From contig CM119372.1 in NCBI GenBank assembly GCA_051294905.1, positions 33,668,001 through 33,732,000 on the forward strand: a stretch of 64,000 nucleotides of DNA, given 5' to 3'. Below the pieces are notes generated by a model. It made no database searches. It was not told the origin of the DNA and saw nothing but the letters and a program-made list of their open reading frames with translations. The position numbers were made by a program, and so were the translations under genes. Shown here piece after piece: positions 13,024 to 25,009 of the stretch; position 1 is the first letter of the stretch, and the number at the start of each line of letters is the position of its first letter. Origin of the DNA: Botryllus schlosseri. Its lineage: Eukaryota.

Positions 13024-13690
13024 GAAGAGCTTCTTGGGGGTTCAGAACTTAAGTATACAATTGAATAGTATATTCATATTGAAATGAACCTGAATATTTT
13101 CGACTGACACTCGTTAGGGGTAATCGTCAGCAACTAGTAGAGAATAAGAAAGAACATTGTATATCAACAATCGTATCACAAAATATGACGTCATCAGCAT
13201 GAAACTTCGAATGAGAGAGCATTCAGTGCACTATTCCTAGGTGGTACACGAACTCCTTCTGTTGACAGAGTTTCGGTTGGTGTATTTTGATAAAAGTCGA
13301 CTCCAAGGCACACAAGTGGAAGTGTGAACGGCCCCTCCCAATAACCCGAAATTTGTCGTCTCGGTAATTATTCGCACAAATCGGATTATCCAACAGATGT
13401 TTGCCGATTGCAGAATTTATGGCCTTCGATCGGTTAGCATCAAGCTTGAGTGGATGAATTAAGGGTGAGCTTTTCACCGAGCTTGATGCACGTGTTCTAG
13501 CCATTAATTCTGCAATCGGCAAACACCTAGGAATAGTGCACTGAATGCTCTCTCATTCGAAGTTTCATGCTGGTGACGTCATATTTTGTGATACGATTGT
13601 TGATATACAATGTTCTTTCTTATTCTCTACTAGTTGCTGACGATTACCCCTGACGAGTGTCAGCCGAAAATATTCGGGTTCATTTCAATA
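13024..13690 (-). mobile_element. 5'-truncated Penelope-like element with inverted pLTRs and GIY-YIG C-terminus
   Basis: SAIGKHLLDNPICANNY...LCALESTFIKIHQPKLCQQKEF. ~170-bp inverted repeats at 13077-13243 and 13524-13690. 11-bp direct repeat GGATGGGATCT on both flanks. Confidence 0.85.
13646..13679 (+). ncRNA. Minimal hammerhead ribozyme motif in Penelope pLTR
   Basis: ACCC-CTGACGA-GTGTCAGCC-GAA-AATATT-C-GGGT: helix I, CUGANGA box, GAAA, palindromic helix III, UC cleavage site. Confidence 0.7.
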
Positions 13691-15061
13691 GGATGGGATC
13701 TATATCATATTTGAATGATTCATACATATTATGGAGTATACTAGAGTCTAAAAACTTATAAGAAATGAAAATAAGAAGGATATTTCCAAATAAATAGGCT
13801 TGATCCATGTTAATTATGCAGTGAGTGCCGCAATGAAACAATTTTGCTTTCCATCGTGAATAATAGGGTTTCTTATGTTCTAATGGTTATATGAATATCA
13901 TTACACCATCACTGTGACCTATAATTTTCGAAGTAAATTTGTAGTACTGTTGCAGTCGGAGTTGGAATCGGGGTTCTGTGAGGAAAATAGTCGGCGTCGG
14001 AGCCGAAGTCGGTGCGTTTAAAGACTCGGGAGTCGGAGTTGGAGTCGGTGGCAAAATTTACAGATTACACAGCCATGGTACACACCTCACCTCCACATCT
14101 ACGATTGGCAATGAGGGGTAGTTAATTGTATTAGATTGTGCTTTATTTCTTTGTGTGACTAGTAAACCACTGACAATGTGGTGGGGATCTTTTGCTCGTA
14201 TTGATTGTAGTACTGCACCCAGTTACTAACTTTAACATGAACGTATTCCAAACAAAGCAGCCCACATCAACGTTAAAGTGAGGCTGTGGGTCGCAATGCA
14301 AAACAGTATCATTCTTTATGATAGGACGTAGCAATATTCTGACCATTCGATTTTATAACTCTCAAATAAACGTTTATTTAGGTATTCGTGTAGGCGAAAA
14401 AGCTTCTGAGCATATTTAATGTACGATTGGCTCTCACTCTAAAAAGTGGTGGGATACAGTGCCTTGATTTCAACATGCGGTTTATTGCTGAATACAATAC
14501 ATACTTTGAAACATATTGTGGAAAATATCCCGAGCTAGCGTTGCGGGAGTTTTATTTTGCGGGAATTGCCGAACTGAAAGTTCGCGCAATTCATTTTGAC
14601 TGAATAATAAATACCACAGCATTCGTGGCAGTACGCTGCAAACATCCTCGGCAAATATTCGCGGCGAAAATGTCGGGACTTGACAGATTTTTTCGACTGT
14701 TAATTTGCAATGAGAATTCAGGGATGTATAGCACTATTGTTTTACTATATAATTAATAATCATATGTCTCTAATACCCTATCTACTGCGAAGCCAGTTTT
14801 CTTCAGCGCCGCAATACCACCCAGAGCCTATAGCGCCTCCCATATCCATCCCTGAGCGTTTCCGCATCCGTCAACGTACAAATCGGTCCTTGCGGGAGCT
14901 GCATATCCCTGATTTTGAGTGTCGGATTCAGTGATTCCCAATCGGAGTGCCGCAGTGTGCCGCCAACGCTTCGCAGGTGTGCAGAGAGTCTTTCCGGAAT
15001 ATTGGAGATTTGTTTGTCAACAATTAAATATCGTTTCAGTCGAATATATGTTTGTATGAAC

Positions 15062-16691
15062 CAGAGTTGGATCAATTGTAATTTGTAATTGAGCTGAATG
15101 TAATAATTACATTTTTTCATGTAATTGTAATTGTAATTGAAGCATTTCTATTTTGTGTAATTGTAATTGTAATTGTAATTTAATCAACATTTTGCTCAAT
15201 TACAATCTCACTTACATTTTCATGGAAACCTGACAATCACAACATAAAATAATCATTTATTCAATCAATCATTTATTCGTCGCACCAGTGAAAATCCGCT
15301 ACGAACCAGGATGACGACGAGGGGCCTTAAGGCCTTAGTTAACAGTCACCACATGTAATAATTAGCCTATTTACATCGGTGTTCTATGCGTGCTGCGTTA
15401 TAAGTAGATAATTCAGTCACGCTAAACTGTTTCCCATACTTCAGTAGCAACAGTAAACTTTGTGAATTACGATATAGGCTAAACCAGTGGTTCTCAAACT
15501 GGGAGCGTGCCCCCTTGGACGACGTGAAAGCATCTGAACGGGGCGCGACGCTCCAGTGAACTGAAATCTTTTCCGCGCTTGGCCTGAATCACCTCCGTTT
15601 TATGGTTATTGCTCGGTGTATAGTCTGAATTTCGTATTGAAGAATTCTCTCATCAACAGTCATAACCTTCCATACCATCAAACTATATGTAAGGAATGCT
15701 AACTTTCTGGCTTCATTGTGCGCTATGACGATAAGGGGGCACGAAATATTCACTGTCAAAGGGGGCGTGTCTAAGAAAGTTAGAGAACCATAGTTGGATA
15801 AACTAAATCTTAATATTTCAAAAATGAATTAACTGCAAATAAACTCTTCTGAAACATGTGCTGAACCATTTCCTACACCACGGTCAAAGTTTTTTTTTTA
15901 ATCTCTGATCAGTACCGAGGCTTGTTGCAACGAAATAAAGATAAATTCAAGTTTCCAACCAAGGCTTCATCAAAATTGATCACGCATTTTTAGAGATGTT
16001 ATCCCAATCTTACCTCCAATCTTGGCCAAATTTACTGGGGCCAGAAACTTTTCGCACCCTAATGTTCATCAAATGCAATCTAACAGTTTCTGAGCAAGTG
16101 AAAATGTAAGTGCCAACCAAAATATTGTAATTCTTAGTTATCAGGAGGTTCTTTCCTTTTGCATTTATTTTAATTTTACGCACCTTATCGGTATCACCCT
16201 TATCGCTGACGCCTTACCAATTACATTTCATTATCCTGACCCAGCTCTGACGAGTAGCCTGATCGTTTTATTACATTTCATTGACTGTCCTGTAGCCTAT
16301 TCGCTGTTAGTCGCTCATACCTTTGGTTCTTAACGGTCGCTTATTGAAACATTTTTCTGTGCTTGTAGTTTTCAGTACTCATGATTAGGGATAGTTCGAA
16401 TAAGTTCGAGTTAGCCTACATATCAGGAATGAAACATGAATAGCTTGAGATTATTGCTAATTACGTCGCTACGGTTGTCAAAGAACACCTTTACTGAATC
16501 AATTACCTGTTTAAAAGTAATTGTAATTGTAAATAATTACATGTTTAACAGTAATTGTAATTGTAATTGTAATTTGATATTTTTAGCATTGAGTAATTGT
16601 AATTGTAATGTAATTGAAACATGCAAGGAAGTAATTGTAATTGTAATTGTAATTGTAATTGAATTAAAATATTGTAATTGATCCAACTCTG
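15062..16691. mobile_element. hAT MITE with (GTAATT)n subterminal arrays
   Basis: TIR CAGAGTTGGATCAATT/AATTGATCCAACTCTG; perfect TSD GTATGAAC. Confidence 0.85.
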
Positions 16692-17376
16692 GTATGAACA
16701 AGCATAGCTCTCGCATGAACACGTGAATAGATTTCTAAGTTATAATTTCTTTTATTGCGCCAGGAGCGGTATATAATATTCCTAGTGTGCCACAAGCTGA
16801 AAAATTTGGGAATCACTGGTCTCATCACATCATAAAATAAGCTCTCGATGCTGAATTGCAAATCATTACCCTTACAAATAAGTCACGGGTCAAAACCAGG
16901 TTTAACAGCCAATACTTTTCAAAATCGGTCATGGGTAACACAGATTCGAAATAATTGAAGCGAAACTTTATCCTGGTACAATTGAGAAGTAACATATCAC
17001 ACGGAATCTGACTTCAAGACTCCTTCTATATCTTAAAGAGCTTGTAGGAGGTACGGAAATTGAATATTCAATTGAATTGTCTATTCGATTTCATTTCAAT
17101 ATGAAGATACTTTTGAATTGCAATATCTTAGTTACTAATGATTCCTAGTTGGTCTAAATTACTTGACAATCAATCTTTAAAATTATGCATTTTTGAGAAA
17201 AAATAAGTGGGCGTATGAATTAAAGATACCGATGATAGGAAAGTAAACTATTTAGATTTTCCAACTTATCGCCCCATAAAACATAGTTACATCAAGAAAT
17301 CGAGCAAAAAAATGCTGTTACGTAATATATAATCAATCAAACCTGGATTAATCATAACTTCATGGAGGGTCACAAC

Positions 17377-17934
17377 CAGTGTTGGGATTACTCGAGTCAT
17401 GACTTGACTCGAATCAGACTCGAGTCACCTTTTTCGCATGACTTGACTTGACTCGAGTCACTATGCTAAAATGACTTGACTTGACTCGGCGTATCAGAAA
17501 TGTGGATTGACTCGTGACTCGGAGCATTGCATCTTATCAATTCGTTCCTCTGTTCTCTATCTTGGTTGGTAACTACGAACTGAGGCCACGTATATGTCAG
17601 CGATACAGTGCCTTCTTGGGTGTATATTCAACTTTATATTCGTTCATCGGTTCAAAAACAATGACCACCCAATCTGTATTTCAGACAGCTAGCAAAATGT
17701 AATGACGTAATCATGCCACATACTACGAAAAAGGCAACTTGACTTGAATTTCGACTTGACTAGTGACTTGACTTGAATTGACTCAACTTGACTCGAGTCA
17801 CCTCCAAAAATCGGGTGACTTGACTTGACTCGTGCCACCTTCAAAAACCAATTGACTTGACTTGACTCGAGTCAAAATGTGCAATGACTCGAAATGACTC
17901 GTGACTCGGAGGTAGTGACTTGATTCCAACACTG
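17377..17934. mobile_element. hAT MITE, GACTCGAGTC family, opposite orientation to 11975-12967
   Basis: CAGTGTTGG...CCAACACTG; perfect TSD GTCACAAC. Confidence 0.85.
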
Positions 17935-18165
17935 GTCACAACTGGTCTATAAATAACCATATCGAATTCGTAGCGACGTTTCTTTTTGCAAGTATACAGC
18001 CCCGTCTTGGACCAACCTTCCGAATTGCAAAACCCGAACTTGTTGACAATTTCGAACGGCGTGTATTTGTATATTTTCAATATTGCGAATACTTAACAGA
18101 ACGGAGACAATGCACATGTTTGCAAATTCTAAATTTATTTATGGACATCGCATAACCGAAATTAT

Positions 18166-19194
18166 CTACCAGAATAGTTTCGTTAACTTCGGATCGTTCT
18201 TTCGACTTTTCCGAGACTCCCGAGCCGCACAATAACACGACGTATCATCATCGGAGGCGACCGTTTCCCACATTTTCTGCTGTGTGAATTCTGTCAATCC
18301 GTCGACAGCAATTGTAAGAGGGTTCCTCCATCCAGTCCGCGCGACGTTACGAAAAAAAGGGTGAAACATCGCTTGTGAGGCGGTAATGCGATCATAATCC
18401 TCGTAGAGCAACATTCTCATTACCAAGTCCCTAGCGTCTGCGGATATGAGCTTCCAAGCAGGCGAGAGAAAAGAGGTACCCTCACTGGTGTGAGAAATGA
18501 AAGGGTGTGTACCGGTCAGCAAATTGTAAAATACGCAGCCGCACGCGAATATGTCGACTGGATAATGGTATTTGTTCACCGACGTTATTTCCGGGGCTCT
18601 GTAACCCGCCGTACCAACTAAGCCGAACAACTCTTCACCGTGCTTCGCTTTAACAGCTAAACTAAAGCCAACTAGCTTCACATCACCACCAGCAGGCGAA
18701 GGAACGAAAAACAAATTTGGAGGTATCACGTTTCTGTGAATGATTTGATTCTTGTGGCAGTATTGCAGCGCGGTCAAAATACCACGCATGTAAATAATCA
18801 CATCCAATTCGCAGTGCGATTCGCCGTTTTTTTCAATAATGGACCGATAGAGGTCGGCTCCGTTCAGCAGTTCGAACACTTGACAATGTTGAGCTTGCTC
18901 CGCAAAACTTGTGACGAAAGACACAATATTTTCATGACCAACCAGTTTCCTCAATATCTTCTCTTCTTTATCGAACTTCCACTCGTGTTTCTCGGCGTAA
19001 TTCCACTCCTGCGACATCGGCATATTCTTTTTGAGCCTAGTTTTCACGGCATATTCACCCTGTCCAGTCTTAGACTTGTATACTTTCACAAACGACCACC
19101 TGCCTCTACCAATCAATGTTAGCGTGTCTTTGTAAAAATCGGTAATTGTCGCAGGACGAAAATCGCCTCGTGAACAGCCAGCACCGCACAGCAT
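18166..19194 (-). CDS. Intronless CaMK-family (CaMKII/CASK-like) kinase-fold protein, probable pseudokinase, ~342 aa
   Basis: IGRGRWSFV, YAVK, HENIV, VFELLNG.DL, ALQYCHKNQIIHRNVIPPN, VKLVGFSLA, GTAGYRAPE, PVDIFACG, ARDLVMRML, RITASQAMFHPF. First ATG at 19194; AATAAA about 30 nt past the stop. Confidence 0.85.
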   Translation of the reverse strand: MLCGAGCSRGDFRPATITDFYKDTLTLIGRGRWSFVKVYKSKTGQGEYAVKTRLKKNMPMSQEWNYAEKHEWKFDKEEKILRKLVGHENIVSFVTSFAEQAQHCQVFELLNGADLYRSIIEKNGESHCELDVIIYMRGILTALQYCHKNQIIHRNVIPPNLFFVPSPAGGDVKLVGFSLAVKAKHGEELFGLVGTAGYRAPEITSVNKYHYPVDIFACGCVFYNLLTGTHPFISHTSEGTSFLSPAWKLISADARDLVMRMLLYEDYDRITASQAMFHPFFRNVARTGWRNPLTIAVDGLTEFTQQKMWETVASDDDTSCYCAARESRKSRKNDPKLTKLFW

Positions 19195-20864
19195 CCCCGC
19201 AACCACAGAAGAAATGTTAAGAAACGTAATATAAACCAAAAGAGATCGTGCACCTGCGACCTGCCGTGCAATAATGCCCTGCAGACGGAATCGAACTACA
19301 TACACGATACGGCAGTTCAGCAGTCTGTGGCGATAATTGCTATCACGTACGATTACTCACGGAACCAATTTTCGATCAGGATTAATGTGTTTTCCAGCAA
19401 ATATTCAACCCGACTGCCTTCACACGTGGAAACCAAGCTGAGACCGCACTTAACAGTTTAGAAAGCTGTCACCGCCAATCGACTAGCAATAATCTACGAC
19501 GCCCCCTTTCAAACTAGCAGAGGCGGCTGTTCCCAACAGGCAAATAAGGCAATTCCCATACCTATAATTCTGTGCTGTAACATATTAAAATGAAAATAAT
19601 AAATTATAGAGCGGAGCAATGAAAATAGCGAAATTGAGGAGAAGATCGCGTGTTTGTGCTGATAAATGCCTAGTCGGACTATACATTTTCTTGCAACGAT
19701 AGCGCTCATAGCTCCTTATGGCAGCGTCTTAACCCAACTTCTCATAGTCGGAGATGAGCCAAACCGAATCCATTAGAACAGTGGTTCCAAACCATTTTCT
19801 ACCCAAGTATCATTTCGAGGTTTTATGCAGTGCTCGCGTACCACCTACAGAAGTTACGCGTGCCGAAGACGGCTAAAATGTACTCACCGTGGCCGAAGGC
19901 AGCGAAACAGAAAATAAACTGCGCATTTTAAGTCGTAGTATATGATTACTGTAGTGCAGGGGTTCTCAACCTTTTTATCTTCGCGTACCCCTCTTGAGCC
20001 GTCGCGGAGCCCCGCGGACTCCCACAATTTTTTGTTCAAATTTAGCTCAATTATCGTGCAATCGTCATCTGTCTTGTGCAAATGATCTCTGCAGGCTAGT
20101 GACAAACAGTAACAAAATGACTTTTCTTGAAAATAACATCATATTGTTTGCCTAGAAATTGGGTTGACTGTATTATTTCAAAGTCAATTTCAAAGTCAAC
20201 GGCATTTCCTGAAATACGTGGTCGTGTCTTGAAAATCCCCGCCTTCGATTTGACTTGAACGAGTGCCGAAAATCAATTTCAACAAAGATAGGTGGTGGCG
20301 AATGTAGTAATAACGCGTAACGCTTCCGGAGACACATTTGGCTTTTCCCAACAAACATGGCATCAAAATTGACAAACTATTTTTTAACGAATATATAATG
20401 TCAAACCTGGTCATTTCTATCAAGCAGCTCACCTTGAAGTGATCATGGAAAATGGTTATGTATATCTCAGGAGAAAATGGATTTTTCCAAACATTTCGAG
20501 GTCATCGTGATTGACCTTACTAATCTAACTATTTATTTTTTCTACAATCTTTGACAAAGTATCTCTAAACAGCAAAATATATGTATCAGTAGGCTATTGG
20601 TATTTAGCAATTAAAATGAGTCCGCACTGTCGGATATTTCATCTCAGACGGCCATTCTGTTGATGTGAGTTCTGGAGTTTTACTAATGATCAGGCCTGTT
20701 TATTTTTGGATTTCTCCAAAAAAAAAATAGCTTAGTTTTGGATGTTTTCAAATTTTGTTTTTGGAGAATCTTCAAAAATAAGAAATAAAGGTGTTTTTAG
20801 ACCTAATACTACTAGAAAACTTCACCGAAAGTATGTTATTATCCAGTATTCAAGTCCTCCCACA

Positions 20865-23211
20865 CATAGGCGCCGACTTTTATTTTTGTATGGGGTGGCG
20901 GCCGGCGCGTAGCCAGGTGGGTGTCGAAACCCCCTCCTTTTGAAACGCAAAACCCCTTCCTTTTGAAATGACCATTCTGACGCTAATATTCAGTTGCAAT
21001 TCAACAAGCCGTGTTATCAGTGTTACGCGGGGCCAATTAGCGAGATTTTTCTGTGCACGCATATCGCATCACACAGTGTAACGCGATGCGATCTTCCGCT
21101 GAGATGATTGCGAAAGTAGGTCATTGATTGTCGCGCACTCGGCATTCGTCGCTGGACTGAGCAGTAACTCGGCGCGACAATTCTGGAACACGAAAGACAG
21201 GCAAGAATGATGATTACAAACGCGCGCGGCCAATCAGTAATTATCCCTTACCGCCAACGCAATGGGTTTTTACTTAGTATTAAGTAGCTCACATCGCGAC
21301 AATTGGTTGCTGATTAAAACATCGATTTTGACTGCATTGCTGCATTTCTCGATTTACGTTCGCAAAGCATAATTGGAATTATGGGCACTGGAATAAATTC
21401 CAACTAGCATGCACACACAATAAAACACTGTTCAACTTCGCGCTACGAGAATATTTATCACAAAAATGGTTCACAAAATATTTTAAACGCGGCTTGCGGC
21501 CTTCAACGATGCAGATAATGCACTTTAATTTGTAGAAGGTGAACGTATATTTGGTCGCCAAATCGCGATAGGAGATGGTGTTTCTCGGAGCGCGCGAAGA
21601 AATCTACGTTTCCAGCGATGAGGTCGAATTTGTACATCTAATAAGGATCGTCAGTTTGCTGAAATCAGCATCAGTACGCTGCGCGAAATACATAGTAGTG
21701 ATCAATTTTATCGGACTGTACATACAATCGGCCGGCAAGGTTGCATTGATAACGAAATTGCAGACATGCCGCAAACCTTCAACAATTACAATTTCAGGGG
21801 GCGCTAGTCATACCTAAATACCCAGATTCGGCAATGACAACGAGTACAATTTGTTCAGGCGCGGGTATAAGTTTTAATCAAAAAGATACATACACACTAA
21901 CAATATTACACTCAGAGATTGTTACTGTTTGGCGAAAGTGATTCTGCAGACGGTAGTAGGCCTGCATGCGGGGGCGCTAAATAATACCACCGCCGATAGT
22001 ACCAATGAGACATCGATGACCCATTTCGCATTCAAATGATTTTCGCTAATTTTAGTACGCAGCATCGATAATACGAATTAGTGAATTGGCATTTCAAAAG
22101 GACTGGATTTCTAGTTTTAAGTGAGAAACTCACTGGCTACGCACCTAGGGTTTTATTACCGACAACGCGTTATTCAGCCCGGGACCTACGGCAGACGCAA
22201 GTCCCGATCAGCCAGCCGAATTTGATCGTGAAATGGTGCGATTTTAATTATCCAGGTGTTATTGCTGCAAGAGCATTATGGCTGCACACGTGCACAGTGC
22301 ACATGCCGCAACCTTATCAATGGAAATACAAATCCCGATGGTTTGAAATTCGATCCGCGACATAGCTGTGCCCGATAGAGTCCCTCCAGCAATGAAGTTT
22401 ATTGGAACTTAAAAGGTTCCCGCTCAAAATAATCGTATAAATTCATAATTTTCGCCACCGAGAATCTCTTGTTGCATCAATATTTGACAACATAATTCAA
22501 CGCCTTGCACTGCACAATGCACAGTGTTAATAACAGATCAAACACTGATAAGTGTCTTTGAGGGAATACGAGTGTGTAAAGCAGACAAGAATTAGTAGCC
22601 TAGAGATTGTGCAACTTTGCATAGCAAACGAGAAAGCGCGCATCTAATCCGTAATTCCTCAACTTGCGTATGGCACAATGGAGTTCCGAGTCTGACATCG
22701 CGACAATTCTTTGCAATTGAATATGCGCACTTGGCGCAGGAATGACTTTCAATTCGCAGGCATACACAAACACACTGTCCTTTTTCGCGGTTCAGTTAAA
22801 AAGGCTATCACGAAACTAACTCAAGAATTATTTTGTAAACGAATATGCGTGCAAATACAATTTAATTGAGAGAAGTATAACGTGAATTCGCTCGTCCAGT
22901 GGAGAGAGCTGTTGCTTCTCAGCGCACGCGTGTCGAAATCGACGTCGTAAACGAGGTCCCGTCGATTGTATGATTACTAATCACGGATTACAATTTATTT
23001 GACCGTTAAGCACTAGTTTAAGCTGCGTATACAATTAGTCGCGCGCGTATCGGTTAATAGTAAATAGTTGGCATTTACGCGATATCACAGACTCGCTAAT
23101 TGACAGCACAGACGGCGGGCGTTTAAGCATTTTGTATGGGGTGGCCGCCACCCCATAATTGTGTCATGGGGTGGCTGCGCCACCCCGCCACCCCCTAACT
23201 CGGCGCCTATG
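20865..23211. mobile_element. TIR element with 8-bp TSD, nest level 4
   Basis: TIR CATAGGCGCCGA/TCGGCGCCTATG; perfect TSD CTCCCACA. Confidence 0.85.
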
Positions 23212-23219
23212 CTCCCACA

Positions 23220-24010
23220 CATCGACATCACCGTGCATCTTCATCGAACTTTCTAAAACATTCGTCACAAAGTGTTTGGCCTGGAGAATGCCCTCCAAAC
23301 AAAAATCAGTGAGACACCCGGTCAAGACCCTTCTCTCCCTTGATTTTCGAGAAATCAGCCTCGACCGTAGCAGTTGGCGGAAACATCGAGCTTTGGGGTC
23401 CAAAGAACTATCGGATGGCTTCAAAGTTCCCAAACTCCTCAATCTTCCAATCCTTTGCTCCTGACAAGCGCTCGTCGATAATGCGCTTGGAAATGACGCC
23501 CGTTTTGTAAGGGAGAGACAGGGACTGGAATTGGGTCTCCGATATTCTGTATCTGCTCGGGAACGGTCCAGAACTGCACACCTCTGACAAGAAATGCTTC
23601 CTTGCAGCGGGCGTCATTGTCCCATTCCTCAGCTGGGCAAATAGCTCGAAGACGTTCGACCAGGCGCTAGAGATCCTCCTGTTGCTCCACTATCAGAAGG
23701 CCAAGTCCGTGAAGCTTCGTGACTGTGGTGCTCAGCTCGGTGGCCATGCGATCGAGGACATTTCTCGTCCATAGTCTCGAGGAGTTTGGTACCGTGTCTA
23801 TGAGTCAACCAAGAATTCACCTTCTTCATTGACAACCAACGTGTGTCAACAAACTTGGAGCACGTACTTTATATCTCGTGGTTCAAGTTCTGTTGCCGTC
23901 TGAGGTAGCCAATCAGTCCCGTCATCGTGTGGACGAAGTAATTGTTGTAGAGGTGGTGGTATTCGGCCTGCGCCATAAGATCCAGCCCGCACCACACTCG
24001 CACGATTTCA
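23220..24010 (-). pseudogene. hAT transposase remnant
   Basis: Frameshifted pieces RVWCG..LDLMAQ, MTGLIGYLRRQQNL and STCSKFVDTRWLSMKK, matching the CxxH region and TRW motif of hAT transposases. Confidence 0.65.
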
Positions 24011-25009
24011 TACTCTGCCGCCTTTTCAATACTTATTCTCTCCCCGTCACTGCTGAAACCTATGATCCTTTTTTGTTGTGTTTTTATTAGTTTCCCGGTT
24101 GTTTCAAAAGTATTTACACTGCTCTGACTCGTTTATTTCACTAAAAAAACTTCTCCAAAAATAACAAAAATAGCTTAGTTTTGGATGTTTTCAAATCTTA
24201 TTTTTGGAGAATCTCCAAAAATAAAACCCAATATTCAAAAATAAACAGGCCTGCTAATGATGAAGCGAAACTGCCTCGTGATTTTCCCAATTAAAAAATA
24301 CAAATTAGGTTATCAACTCTTTTGTAAATATGGTGTCTTCGCGGACCCCCGGAAAATGCTTCGTGGACCCCTGGTTGCGAAACACTGCTGTAGTAGATCC
24401 ATTTGGAATTCTTGTGGACAAATATATTAAAACTGAATTTGGTTATTTGATAATCTCAATGCTTTTCGACTAGATCTCTTCCTCGTAGGCCGTCATTGGT
24501 GGGATTGCCCCTACCCACGACGGCCACCTTACCACGACGACGACGGCTTACGAAAAATTAAAATCAACCCCACCTGAACTAATAAATGCCTTCGGTCGAA
24601 AATAAAAGAATCTTCTCGAGTACCACCTAGAAGACCTTCACGTACCACTGGTAGTACGCGTACCACAGGTTGGGAACCACTGCATTAGAACAAGGCATTT
24701 AGTGAACTTACTTTACTTTTTACTTACTTTTTTCAAGTCAACACCTGCCCAATGGCAGAAAAATAAATTTTAAAATCAAAAATTCTACTCAAACTCATCA
24801 CAAGCGAACTTGGTGATTTATCTTTAGTCAAAAGCTACACGATCGTGGAAAATCATTGGAACATTTAGATCAACGGAAAGTGACGACTTACTTTCGTTTG
24901 CTTCGTTTATTTTTTAAAAACGACAGAATAAATTGATACAGACGTGTCAAGCAGTAGCAAATGTAATGCGGGTCGTATTCGAATTAGTTTGGGCATCTAT
25001 GCCCTAGAG

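Larger units (their letters stand above)
10379..14077. mobile_element. hAT-type MITE with GGAGTC subterminal repeats, hosting three nested insertions
   Basis: CAGGGCTG...CAGCCATG termini; TSD GTACGCAC/GTACACAC. Confidence 0.7.
20691..24253. mobile_element. hAT deletion derivative with transposase remnant, nest level 3
   Basis: TIR CAGGCCTGTTTATTTTTG/CAAAAATAAACAGGCCTG; perfect TSD CTAATGAT. Confidence 0.85.
19957..24387. mobile_element. hAT MITE, nest level 2
   Basis: CAGGGGTTCTCAAC...GTTGCGAAACACTG; TSD CTGTAGTG/CTGTAGTA. An uninterrupted version of the host sequence is visible at 5765-5960. Confidence 0.8.
19779..24682. mobile_element. hAT MITE, outer level of a 4-level nest
   Basis: CAGTGGTTCC...GGGAACCACTG; perfect TSD CATTAGAA. 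Confidence 0.85.

Noticed and set aside
16510..16680. (GTAATT)n as telomeric repeat or low-complexity protein
   Set aside because: It is a subterminal array inside a TSD-flanked MITE; the ORFs here are repeat artefacts.
18736..19122. 128-aa plus-strand ORF, and the ORFs overlapping the GPCR
   Set aside because: Shadow ORFs of real genes with no motifs of their own.
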